Source: an uncultured Armatimonadia bacterium
Lineage (GTDB): Bacteria; Armatimonadota; Zipacnadia; Zipacnadales; VGFC01
Direction: 5' to 3'
Assembly (NCBI GenBank): GCA_964555935.1
Contig: CAZKUN010000005.1
Coordinates: 28,335 to 92,334, forward strand
DNA length: 64,000 bases
Below the pieces are notes generated by a model. The model had not been told where the DNA came from. It did no database searches and saw nothing but the letters and a program-made list of their open reading frames with translations. A program made the translations under genes and the position numbers. Positions 36,401-44,903 of this stretch are shown piece by piece (position 1 is the first letter of the stretch; each line of letters starts with the position of its first letter).

Positions 36401-37040
36401 CGCCGCCGCGATCGGCAAGATCGCCGGGCCGCCGGCGGCCATAGGCGGCGTCGATCTGTACCTGACGGACGCGGGCAGCGATCGGATCGCCGTCGACTTG
36501 GTTGACGGTCTGAAGCCCGGCGCGAAGTGGGAGGCGGTGGTCGAGTGCGGGACTCCCGACACAAACGTCCAGATCAGTTGGCCGGACCTGACGAATGTCC
36601 CGCATGACGTCCGACCGGTCTTGACGGATCTCGCCTCGGGTCGCTCGGTCTACATGCGAACCGCGGCCAATTACTCGTTCCGCTCACGCAACGCAGGTGA
36701 CGCCAGGCAGTTTGAGATCACCTTCGCAGACGCTGATGCGGGGCCGGTTGTCAGCAGCCTCAGCGCAGTCCCGACCAGGGGTGGAGGAGCGGAGCTGCTC
36801 CTGACCTTGGGCCGGGCGCCGGAGTCGGTGACAGTTGAGATCCGCAACGTGGCCGGAATGGTCGTGCAGACCGTGCCGGTGAACAACGCTGAGATCGGCC
36901 TGAACCGCGTCCTCTGGAACGGCATGGGCGCCACTGGCACGAAGATGCCGAACGGGCGCTACATCATGGCCGTTACGGCGGTCGCGCTAGACAACCAGGA
37001 GACGGCTCGGGCCATCTCCTCCGTGACAATCGAACGATAG
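33477..37040 (+). CDS. secreted M6 (immune inhibitor A-like) metalloprotease with FN3-like repeats and FlgD-Ig/T9SS-CTD-like C-terminus
   Basis: Signal peptide, DSDGDGNVDVVAIIHQG and the zinc site HEYGHALGLPDFYD. Two FN3-like repeats follow (DEGGSITVTWSRSGDDG...; GRSMTLTWAGY...FRVYRS). The terminal beta-sandwich is VTVEIRNVAGMVVQTV...NGRYIMAV. Confidence 0.85.
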   Translation: MYSARGLSARFVHTFGAIALVSGAVSIALFITSTVPAYAVPAAPAVVTLTQPDGRTIQARLYGDEWQHYTRTLDGRIIEQNAQGEWVTVGSGKPMPSPKSRERAAVADSPQVVPPFGTANVPVLCINFSDTSTQFATGDFDTLLFNGSSSMTAFYTENSYGQFTVAAGPSGIGGWYTASDTHDHYGTNGAGFDDFPAELVIEAVEAADAAGFDFGPYDSDGDGNVDVVAIIHQGTDEAAGGPSTDIWSHRSSLTSRQFFANDGTGPVTTGSGKVVDDYIIMPEHDPGDNLATIGVFAHEYGHALGLPDFYDRDSSSNGLGSWSLMAAGAWNGNAGDTPAHFDAWCKVQLGWVTPVVATSSILNAPLPEVETNQVIYQVFAPGSTTEYFLVENRQLTGFDSALPASGALIYHVDDTQALSQNDNEWRPGLTGSGNYQCAIEQADGMWQLERFRFDTPPGNNGDAGDPYPGTSGNRAYDDVSTPSATLYDGSDFPLVVRNISPSSAAMTIDIVDTMVPLVPRSIMASDTLGDEGGSITVTWSRSGDDGRGADDVAEYDVMRSLADTGPFAVIDTVPAGTTAVFDTNVVDGPPGYYYKVVTRDTSGLTSETKVVGPATSRDDLKPPAVDMLLVKDSQADNGRSMTLTWAGYQAPADLVSFRVYRSTAPFTDVNATDVDRIATVTELGDDEAPSVAITDPAARSYIDKAADVTDPTSAPLDLTAYWYAVTGLDEVGNEITAVQAVGPTECAPNLSINYTSGLQFITLPALPVNPAPMSVLGLSDPSDASLARYNPLTKGYNTLSMNPDDPFIQMLPGRGFWLERFFPTFIAVAGSLVEDAEYEVPLETGWNAVGSPYDGYYGFDAIMVRPSLGTDEPIRTSNALKNYGWYYDAFERSYKLVSAIGPPLGVTTLPKLQAMWINVLEPGAALVFNSAASSPVPLGDITTADAPALDGWQIQLIATAGDAADTDNYIGVSNAAAAIGKIAGPPAAIGGVDLYLTDAGSDRIAVDLVDGLKPGAKWEAVVECGTPDTNVQISWPDLTNVPHDVRPVLTDLASGRSVYMRTAANYSFRSRNAGDARQFEITFADADAGPVVSSLSAVPTRGGGAELLLTLGRAPESVTVEIRNVAGMVVQTVPVNNAEIGLNRVLWNGMGATGTKMPNGRYIMAVTAVALDNQETARAISSVTIER

Positions 37041-37092
37041 TTGCCTCGCCCGTCGCCAGCAGCCCTCGGCCGACAGGCAGGGCGGCTGCTAA

Positions 37093-40000
37093 ATGAGAAA
37101 CGGGCAGGCGAGCATGCCAAAGAGCACCGCAGCACAATCGATGCGCAGAGCAACTAGAACGAGCCACTGTCGCCGGACACTTAGTCCGCGCAGTGGCTCG
37201 TTCTTTTTGCTAGGCCTCCTGGCCCTGGGCGCCTCAGTCGCCGGCGCCCAAGCCCACGGACGATTCCCGAAGGTGGTCGAACTCCCTGGGCGCGTCTATC
37301 GCAGCGTCGACGAACGGGGACGAGTCCAGGTCCGCCCCCTGCAGGCAGTCGCGGACCGCTTGATCGTTCGCCTACGCCCGGGGGCCACCCTAGCCAGCGG
37401 CCAAGCGGCGGCGGCGCGAGTCGGCGGGCGACTCTCGCGCTACATCCCGCGCTCTCGCATAGCGATCGTTGACTTCGCCGCCGGCACACCGCTCAACCAG
37501 GCGGACGCGGCTCTGTCCACGCAATCGGTCTTCGAATTCGCAGAGCCCGACATTCTGATGTACCCAGCGGCGATCCCCACCGACGACCGGTACGCCGACC
37601 AATGGCATCACCCGGTGATTCGCTCGCCCGAGGCCTGGGACGTGTCCACCGGGTCGATCAACACGGTCATCGCCGTGATCGATTCGGGCCTCGACCTCGA
37701 TCACCCCGATATCGCCTCGAAGGTCTACACGAATCCGGGCGAGATTGCCGGCAATGGCGTCGATGACGACAACAACGGCTACACTGACGACGTGAACGGT
37801 TGGAACTTCCTCGACGACAACAACGACGTCGTGCCCAAGCCCGACGGCATCGACAACGACGGCAACGGGCTCATCGACGACCAGGTCCGCCACGGGACGC
37901 TTGTTTCGGGGCTCGCCGCGGCAGCGGCCAACAACGGGGGAGCCGTCGGCATGGACTGGGGGGCGAGAATCCTCCCACTGAAGGTCTTCGCGGACGATGG
38001 GGGGACGCAGATCTCCACGGTCGTCGAGGCCATGGCCTACGCGGTCAACATGGGCGCCGACGTCATCAACCTGAGCCTCGGCGGCGGGTTCTCCGACGCG
38101 TTCAACGTTCCGGTTGCCGACGCCCATTCGGCCGGCGTTCTGGTCGTCGCCGCCTCGGGCAACTCCGACGTGGAGTTTACCCAGAACCCATCAACCTGGT
38201 CGTCGCCGGCGTGCAACGACGGCCCTAATGTTGGCGTCGACAACTTCGTTCTCGGCGTGAGCGCGACCGACCAGACAGACCGACGAGCATCGTTCAGCAA
38301 CTACGACAGCTCGGGCTACAAGTTCGTGGACGTATCCGCGCCCGGCCAGGCGGTGTTCGGGCCGGGCTTCCAAGACGACGCGATCCCGATGTTCACCGTG
38401 TTCTACGCCAAAGGCAACGGGACGTCGTTCTCCTCTCCGATCGTGGCGGGGCTCGCGGGCCTGCTCATGGCCCAGACACCGGGCATCACGCACGACCAGA
38501 TCATCCAACGCATCCGAGACACTGCAGACGACGTTGACTCCACAAACCCAGGATTCGTTGGGAAGCTTGGAACCGGCCGCATCAACGTCGCGCGGAGTCT
38601 CGGCGTCGATCTGCCTCCCCAGCCTGTCACGAACCTCCGCGCGACCGACACCTCGGGCGATGAGGGCGGATCCATAACGCTGCGGTGGTTCAGGTCGCGA
38701 GATGACGGCTCCGGCGCCAACGACGTGGTGAAGTACGTGGTCCAGCGCTCCGAGGTGCCCGACGGGACGTTCGAGGAGCGCGGCGAGGTCGCGGCGGGGA
38801 CCGATACATTCGCGGACACGGCCGTTGATGGCGTGGATCACTACTACGTGGTTGAGACGCACGATGCCGGCGGCCAAGACGTTACGTCCGATGTCGTCGG
38901 CCCCGCGACGGCCGCCGATGACACGCCCCCGCCCGCCGTTGCCGGCGTGACCGCGATCGATAGACCGGGTGACGGCGGCGGCGCCATCCAGCTATCATGG
39001 GATCCATACTCGGACCCCGGCGACTTTGTAAGCTTCCGCGTCTACCGGGCCGAATTCCGCTACGTGTCGGTAGACGGGATGATCCCAGCGGCGATCATCC
39101 ACGATGACACGGCGGCCGGCTACCTCGACAACAATGTCGTCGATGGGGTCGACTATTGGTACGCGGTGACCGCGGCAGACGAGGTCCCGAATCAGATCGC
39201 CGACGTCGCCTCGATCGGACCCGTCCAGGCGTTCGCCAATCAGGGCCTTACGATCAACCCAGGGATGCACTTCCTGACCGCGCCCATCGTCTCGCCAAAC
39301 CGAAATCCGGCTGACTACTTCGCCATCCCGCCGCAGGAGCTGGTGTACGGGCGGTGGGATCCGTCGCGCGCGCAGGGCCAAGGTCAGTACCTCTTCTACC
39401 ACATGGCGCCGACAGACCCGTTTCTGGCTCTCGCGCACGGTCGCGGCTTCTGGCTGGGAGTGACGCAGCAGATATTCATCGATCCGGCCGGCGAGGTGAC
39501 GCCAAGCGGCCCATTCGCCATCGACTTGCAGCCCGGGTGGCGACAGCTCGGAAACCCGTTCCTCGGTCAGTTCCGCTTCTCTCGGTCGACCGTTGAGTAC
39601 CAGGGCGTGACGATGGACCTCGCCAGCGCGTCTGCCTCGGGCATTATCAACCGCTTCGCTTGGGTCTACGACTCCGCCGCCGGCGATTACGATCTGATCG
39701 ATGAATCCATCGCGGCGGATAACGACGACGGAGTCATCAACCCGTGGCAGGGGTTCTGGGTGCAAGTTCTGAAGCCATGCCAACTCGTGCTTGACAGGGG
39801 CATAGGCATATCGCCGGGGTCGGTCAGCACGGCATCGGTCAAGCCGCCCCAGCCGGACTGGCACGTGCGCGTCGTGGCCCGCGCGGAGAATTCGCAAGAC
39901 ACATCGAACTACTTCGGTGTCGCATCCGAGCCGAGCCGATTCGACGTTCAGGCGCCTCCCGCGGTCGGCAACGGCGTCCGGCTCGATTTTCACTCGCAGG

Positions 40001-40566
40001 GCGCGGATGCCACGCCATACGCCGCATCATTCCGCCAGCCGTCGGCCACCGGGGCGGCGTGGGACTTCACGGTCTTTACGCCAGGCCCAGGCAATGTTAT
40101 AGTTACTACGCCTGACCTATCGCCCGTTCCGCCCGAGTACGGGGTTCTTCTGTCAGACCTTGATGCCGGGCGAAATGTCGAGTTGCGCACCACGGCCTTG
40201 TACAGCTTCACGGCCGCGGAGCAGCCCGGGGAGCGGCATTTCAAGCTCACGGTCCGGCGCAAGACGCGAGGGCTGGCGGTGACCGCGCTTAGCGCGACGC
40301 CGACTCGTGGGGGGGGCGGAGAAATCCGCTTCTCGCTTACGTCGGATGCCGCATGCGATCTGCATGTCATGAACATCGCCGGTCGGCGCGTGCGTGAAGT
40401 TGTGACTTCGCGCGTTTGTACGTCAGGTCAGCAGGTCATTTCGTGGAGTGGGCGAAATGACAACGGTGTACAAGTGCCATCGGGCGTCTACCTCGTCCGG
40501 GTAAACGCTCGGTCGGCTGATGGTGAGACCGTACAGGCGCTATCATCGATTTCTGTTCACAGGTGA
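37093..40566 (+). CDS. secreted S8 subtilisin-like serine protease with the same C-terminal module set
   Basis: Catalytic triad contexts VIAVIDSGLDLDHPD, HGTLVSG and GTSFSSPIVAG. FN3-like repeats follow (DEGGSITLRWFRSRDDG...; GGGAIQLSWDPY...FRVYRA). The terminal beta-sandwich is CDLHVMNIAGRRVREV...SGVYLVRV. Several start codons are possible before the signal peptide. Confidence 0.85.
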   Translation: MRNGQASMPKSTAAQSMRRATRTSHCRRTLSPRSGSFFLLGLLALGASVAGAQAHGRFPKVVELPGRVYRSVDERGRVQVRPLQAVADRLIVRLRPGATLASGQAAAARVGGRLSRYIPRSRIAIVDFAAGTPLNQADAALSTQSVFEFAEPDILMYPAAIPTDDRYADQWHHPVIRSPEAWDVSTGSINTVIAVIDSGLDLDHPDIASKVYTNPGEIAGNGVDDDNNGYTDDVNGWNFLDDNNDVVPKPDGIDNDGNGLIDDQVRHGTLVSGLAAAAANNGGAVGMDWGARILPLKVFADDGGTQISTVVEAMAYAVNMGADVINLSLGGGFSDAFNVPVADAHSAGVLVVAASGNSDVEFTQNPSTWSSPACNDGPNVGVDNFVLGVSATDQTDRRASFSNYDSSGYKFVDVSAPGQAVFGPGFQDDAIPMFTVFYAKGNGTSFSSPIVAGLAGLLMAQTPGITHDQIIQRIRDTADDVDSTNPGFVGKLGTGRINVARSLGVDLPPQPVTNLRATDTSGDEGGSITLRWFRSRDDGSGANDVVKYVVQRSEVPDGTFEERGEVAAGTDTFADTAVDGVDHYYVVETHDAGGQDVTSDVVGPATAADDTPPPAVAGVTAIDRPGDGGGAIQLSWDPYSDPGDFVSFRVYRAEFRYVSVDGMIPAAIIHDDTAAGYLDNNVVDGVDYWYAVTAADEVPNQIADVASIGPVQAFANQGLTINPGMHFLTAPIVSPNRNPADYFAIPPQELVYGRWDPSRAQGQGQYLFYHMAPTDPFLALAHGRGFWLGVTQQIFIDPAGEVTPSGPFAIDLQPGWRQLGNPFLGQFRFSRSTVEYQGVTMDLASASASGIINRFAWVYDSAAGDYDLIDESIAADNDDGVINPWQGFWVQVLKPCQLVLDRGIGISPGSVSTASVKPPQPDWHVRVVARAENSQDTSNYFGVASEPSRFDVQAPPAVGNGVRLDFHSQGADATPYAASFRQPSATGAAWDFTVFTPGPGNVIVTTPDLSPVPPEYGVLLSDLDAGRNVELRTTALYSFTAAEQPGERHFKLTVRRKTRGLAVTALSATPTRGGGGEIRFSLTSDAACDLHVMNIAGRRVREVVTSRVCTSGQQVISWSGRNDNGVQVPSGVYLVRVNARSADGETVQALSSISVHR

Positions 40567-40618
40567 ACTCGGCGCGATGCCGGGCGCCAGTGTAATTGAG
40601 GAAAGGGCTGAGGGAAGC

Positions 40619-41656
40619 ATGCACCGAGGCCACGCGTTAAGGGTTGTCCTGATAATCTCGATCGTCGCACCCATCGTAATGCTCGCAGGCTGTGGAGGCG
40701 CAAAGGGCCCGCCCCTTCCGGGAGTCATCCCGCCGGGCGGTGGAGGCGGAGGAGGCGGGGGAGGCGGCGGAGCCACCGCCACCATCACCGGCACCGTAAT
40801 TGACGCGCAGAGCATCGGGACCAGGCTCGTTGGCGCGCTCATTGCCGTGCTGGGCTTCGGCCAACCGGTCCTGACCGACGCCGCGGGGAACTTCACGATC
40901 AGCGGCGCGCCTACTGGCCAGGTCACGCTGGACGTCTCCTTCCCATCAACGGGCCTGTACCAGGCGATGCGAATCACGATCGACACGACGGCCGGCCAGA
41001 CTACCACAGTGACGATCGCGGCGCTCGGGACGAACGTAAACGTGCCGAACTCCGTGACGATCACGCCGTCAAGCCCGACAGTCGACGTCGGCGGCGAGAT
41101 CGCCTTCACGGCCGATGCCCGGTCTCTCGGCGTTCCGGCCAATGTGGCTCCGACCTACTCAGTGCTCGGGGGCATCGGCACGATCCTCCCGGACGGACGC
41201 TTTACCGCGCTCGCGACGGGCACGGGAACGGTAACCGCGCACTTCCCGGACGCGGCGGCGGCGGCAACCGTCACGGTAGAGGGAGCGCGCGCGCCGAACC
41301 TGGGCGTTCTCAACGTGTCGCCTAACGCGCTGCCTAGCGATGGCGGAAACGTTCGCGTCGCGATAACGGCGACCGACGGCGACGGGATCAAGAGCGCGAA
41401 GGCACAGATTGAACTGCCCAACCGCACGCTGGTCATGATGACACTCACCCGCGAGTCGGGAACAACCAAGGACGGCTCTTGGGGCGGGACCTATAACGCG
41501 GGAGCCAACACCAACCCGCCGGGTCCGGACGGCAAGCAGCTCGAGCAGCGCTACAGCGTTCGAGTGATCGTTGAGGATAACTCCGGCGCAATCACCAACT
41601 CGGTTTGGACCGACTTCGTGGTAGCCAGCGTCGACGCCCCACCCCCACCTCCGTGA
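40619..41656 (+). CDS. lipoprotein: poly-Gly linker, CarboxypepD_reg-like and Big_2-like Ig domains, poly-Pro C-terminus
   Basis: The ATG at 40619 gives MHRGHALRVVLIISIVAPIVMLAGC (lipobox). A G-run of about 11 follows, then ITGTVIDAQS...AAGNFTISGAPTG (carboxypeptidase-regulatory-like) and a Big_2-like segment. The protein ends ...SVDAPPPPP. Confidence 0.65.
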   Translation: MHRGHALRVVLIISIVAPIVMLAGCGGAKGPPLPGVIPPGGGGGGGGGGGGATATITGTVIDAQSIGTRLVGALIAVLGFGQPVLTDAAGNFTISGAPTGQVTLDVSFPSTGLYQAMRITIDTTAGQTTTVTIAALGTNVNVPNSVTITPSSPTVDVGGEIAFTADARSLGVPANVAPTYSVLGGIGTILPDGRFTALATGTGTVTAHFPDAAAAATVTVEGARAPNLGVLNVSPNALPSDGGNVRVAITATDGDGIKSAKAQIELPNRTLVMMTLTRESGTTKDGSWGGTYNAGANTNPPGPDGKQLEQRYSVRVIVEDNSGAITNSVWTDFVVASVDAPPPPP

Positions 41657-41684
41657 CGAGTCGCGCGGCACGAGATCGAATCAC

Positions 41685-41720
41685 AAAGAGCGCCACCCTT
41701 CCGGGGGGCGCTCTTTTCAT
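41685..41720. terminator. bidirectional rho-independent terminator
   Basis: 10-bp stem aaagagcgcc / ggcgctcttt (41685..41694 and 41707..41716). It has a T-run on the plus strand and an A-run (U-run on the minus strand) on the other side. It lies between convergent ORFs. Confidence 0.75.
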
Positions 41721-41740
41721 GTCTGTCCGATACGCGGGCG

Positions 41741-41860
41741 TTACTTCGGCAGCACGGCAACGCCGCTTACCGCCAGCCAACTCAGTGCAATCACCGCGAG
41801 GATGAGCGCATCCTTCCAACTCCAATGCGATCTCTCGACTCGTTGCTGGTGCGTCGCCAT
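41741..41860 (-). CDS. 39-aa single-TM small protein (candidate)
   Basis: The ATG at 41860 is preceded by ggaggt 7-8 nt upstream. It encodes MATHQQRVERSHWSWKDALILAVIALSWLAVSGVAVLPK and ends just before the terminator. Confidence 0.35.
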   Translation of the reverse strand: MATHQQRVERSHWSWKDALILAVIALSWLAVSGVAVLPK

Positions 41861-41987
41861 GTCAGCTACCTCCGTGATGCCTGAACGCTTACAGAGTTCG
41901 TACCACACTTCCCCGGCGCTGCATTGCACATTATGTCCTGGCGTCCGCGGCAGGCGCGGGCACTGACAATGCGGAAACGCTGCTGTC

Positions 41988-43949
41988 ATGCAGCGCCACC
42001 CCACAGCGAAGGGCCTAACGCGTCGCGCAATCGTGCTTGCGCTGGCGTGCGTGGTCGGCCTGGCGATGCTGACGCCGTACCTTGAGATCGTGCTGCAAGG
42101 AACGCAGATCGGCTCGTTTGCGCCACCGGCTGGCGCGCTGCTCGTATTATTCTCTCTCTGCGCGCTCATCGACCCCATCTTGCGTTTGGTCACGCGACGC
42201 AAACACGGACTCGAGCGCCGCGAACTGCTGGCCGTCTACATCGCGCTTCTCGCCGCCGCCACGCTGCCGTCGTGCCAGTTCGCCGGTTGGTTGCCGACGA
42301 TCACCTCCGGCCCGTTCTACTTCGCGTCCGAGGTGAATCACTGGGGCGATGCCTGGCGGCATATACCCGAATGGTGGGGACCGCGCGCTCCGGGAGACGC
42401 CGAGGCTATCCGGCAGTTCTACGAGGGCCTGAGTCCCGGTGCGGGCATCCAATGGGGCGTGTGGCTGAAGCCGCTGGCCTCGTTCGGACCGATGGTGCTG
42501 GCCCTCTACGCGGCGTTCATGGCGCTCAGCGTCGTGCTCGGGCGACAGTGGGTCGATCGCGAGAAGCTCTCGTTTCCCCTCGCGCAACTCCCGCTGGAGT
42601 TGACGGAGCGCTCGTCCGAGCAACCGCTTTGGACAGGCTTCTTCCGGAGCCGAATGATGTGGCTCGGCGCCCTGGTGCCGATGGCGTGTCACACCGTCAA
42701 TGGCCTGCACCGCTTCTTCCCCGCCGTTCCGGAAATCCCGCTGCGCGGCATCACCTTCGGGTCCTTATTCGCCGCGAAACCGTGGGTCGCGGCTCAACCG
42801 GTCCGTATCGACATCTACTTCGGCCTGGTAGGGTTCGCGTTCCTGTGCAGTCGCGATGTGCCGATGAGCATCTGGGTCTTCTGGGCGCTTGCCAAACTCG
42901 AGGCTGTGTTCGGGTGCGCCCTCGGCTGGAATCCCGGCCCTCCCGGACGCGCGCTGCGGGACACGCAGTTCCCCGTGATCGTCGCCCAGCAGGTGGGCGC
43001 GTCGCTCATGTTCCTGGGGCTGATGCTCTGGGCCGCGCGGGCGCACCTCAGGGAGGTGTGGCTCGAAGCGCGGACCCAGACGCGCGACGGACGGCGTTAC
43101 CGCCTGGCGCTTGGCACTGTGGCGGTCTCGTTCGTGGTTCTGTGCGCGTGGTCGGTGCTGGGCGGCATGCAATGGTGGGTCGCGATATGTCTGTGGGCCC
43201 TGACGCTTGCGTTCATGCTCGTCGTGCACCGCATGATGGCCGAGGGCGGCGTGAACCTCCTTTGGGCATCTCAGAGCGCGCCAAACTACTTGCTCTACAC
43301 GTTTGACGGGGGGCGTTTCCTAGGGCCACGGACGTGGATGCAGCTCGTAAGTCTCCCCTACTTCATCTGGCATTTCAAAGGCGCGGTCGGGCCACACAGT
43401 TTCGAGGGACTCAAGCTCGCGTCCGAGGCGGGGCTCAGCCGACGGGGTCTGTTCTGGCTGATGGGCGGATCGATGGTCGCGGCGGCCGTCGTTGGGTACG
43501 CGTCCACGATTTTCCTCGTGATGCGCAACGGCGGCGGCGTCGCGTTGGATCCGTATCGGTTCGTGCATGTGGGGCACAGGCCGCTGCAGGAGTTCGTCGC
43601 CGTCACCGGCACACCTGAGCCGATCCGGTGGCAGAAGATCGCGGGCATGCTGGCGTCCGGAGGCCTAACGTGGGGACTGTCGTGGATGCGATGGCAGTTC
43701 TCGTGGTGGCGGTTGCACCCGATCGGCTACGTGATCTCGACGGTGGCGGTCAACTGGTACCTATGGTCGAGCTGCTTCATCGGATCGACGCTCAACGCGG
43801 TCGTCCACCGTTACGCCGGACACAAGGGATACCGCGGCGCGCGGCCGTTCTTCTTGGGCCTGATCTTCGGCGACATGCTGATGCTGGGAATCTGGACCGT
43901 GGTAACGGCCATCACGGGCGAGCGGGGGTTCATGTTGTTTGCCGCGTGA
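41988..43949 (+). CDS. polytopic inner-membrane protein, unknown function
   Basis: 653 aa with more than 12 hydrophobic segments and Trp-rich loops. I recognise no transporter signature. Confidence 0.6.
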   Translation: MQRHPTAKGLTRRAIVLALACVVGLAMLTPYLEIVLQGTQIGSFAPPAGALLVLFSLCALIDPILRLVTRRKHGLERRELLAVYIALLAAATLPSCQFAGWLPTITSGPFYFASEVNHWGDAWRHIPEWWGPRAPGDAEAIRQFYEGLSPGAGIQWGVWLKPLASFGPMVLALYAAFMALSVVLGRQWVDREKLSFPLAQLPLELTERSSEQPLWTGFFRSRMMWLGALVPMACHTVNGLHRFFPAVPEIPLRGITFGSLFAAKPWVAAQPVRIDIYFGLVGFAFLCSRDVPMSIWVFWALAKLEAVFGCALGWNPGPPGRALRDTQFPVIVAQQVGASLMFLGLMLWAARAHLREVWLEARTQTRDGRRYRLALGTVAVSFVVLCAWSVLGGMQWWVAICLWALTLAFMLVVHRMMAEGGVNLLWASQSAPNYLLYTFDGGRFLGPRTWMQLVSLPYFIWHFKGAVGPHSFEGLKLASEAGLSRRGLFWLMGGSMVAAAVVGYASTIFLVMRNGGGVALDPYRFVHVGHRPLQEFVAVTGTPEPIRWQKIAGMLASGGLTWGLSWMRWQFSWWRLHPIGYVISTVAVNWYLWSSCFIGSTLNAVVHRYAGHKGYRGARPFFLGLIFGDMLMLGIWTVVTAITGERGFMLFAA

Positions 43950-43970
43950 TGGGGAGAGGAGCGATGCGGG

Positions 43971-44903
43971 TCAGGCGTCGAACAGCGACAGATCCCATTC
44001 GTCCATCCACTCGATGACCAGGCGCCCATCGCGGAACTGAATCGGTAGCCAGACATAGCGCCCGTCGATGGCGTTCTCAGGCCTCCAGCGGTCCGCCATG
44101 AAGATGAACGCGCCCGGCTTGCCCCTGACAGGCAGCACGTACGTGCTCTGCGCGAGGAAAGTCAACTCCGCGTGCGGGCCGACGCACGGATTGCCCAACT
44201 CCTCCCACGGTCCCCAGATGCTGTCGGCCACGGCCGAGCGCGCCTCATTCGGAGCCCAGCCGGTGCAGCCCGAGGCGATGAAGTAGTAGCGACCCCCGTG
44301 CCGAAGAATGGCCGGGGCCTCCATCGAGCGATTCTCGAACACGCGCTTGAATTCGCCCGACGGCGCTCGGTAATCGTCGGTGAGACGCGAGATGTGGAGC
44401 GTCGCGTTCTCCTCGGATGCGTAGATGTGGTAGGCCGCCTGATCCCCGTCGACGTGCAGCGTCATGTCGCGGCTCATGCTCTCGTCGGGGCGCATGCTGC
44501 CGAGGTACGTGTACGGGCCGGTAGGGCAATCACTCACAGCCACACCGGCGCGCGCGGCCGTGTAGCCCTGGTCTTTCAGCTCGAGGTGGAACCACATCAC
44601 GTACTCGCCGGTGGTCTGATTGCGGATGACCTTCGGGCGCTCGAGGACGCAGCCCTGGGTCAGTTCGTGGTCGGGATGGTCCATCACCACGGGGAGCGCG
44701 ATGCCCTCGTTCTCCCAGCTACAAAGGTCGGTGGACGAGTAGCAACCCACGCCGACCATAGCCTTGTTGCCCAGTCGGCCCTCAACCTTGTGCTCGCCAA
44801 ACCAGTAATACACGCCGTCGTCGCGCAGCACCCCGCCGCCGTGGGCGTTGATGTGCGCGCCGTCCGTGTCCGGCCAAATCTCGCCGGGCCTGAAGCTGCC
44901 CAC
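43971..44903 (-). CDS. glycoside hydrolase family 43
   Basis: Five-bladed-propeller motifs (GEIWPDTDGAHINAHGGG, YYWFGEHK, MEAPAILRHGGRYYFIASGCTGW). The GTG at 44903 shares its G with the upstream stop (TAGTG). The listed 438-aa form runs through the upstream gene. Confidence 0.8.
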   Translation of the reverse strand: MGSFRPGEIWPDTDGAHINAHGGGVLRDDGVYYWFGEHKVEGRLGNKAMVGVGCYSSTDLCSWENEGIALPVVMDHPDHELTQGCVLERPKVIRNQTTGEYVMWFHLELKDQGYTAARAGVAVSDCPTGPYTYLGSMRPDESMSRDMTLHVDGDQAAYHIYASEENATLHISRLTDDYRAPSGEFKRVFENRSMEAPAILRHGGRYYFIASGCTGWAPNEARSAVADSIWGPWEELGNPCVGPHAELTFLAQSTYVLPVRGKPGAFIFMADRWRPENAIDGRYVWLPIQFRDGRLVIEWMDEWDLSLFDA

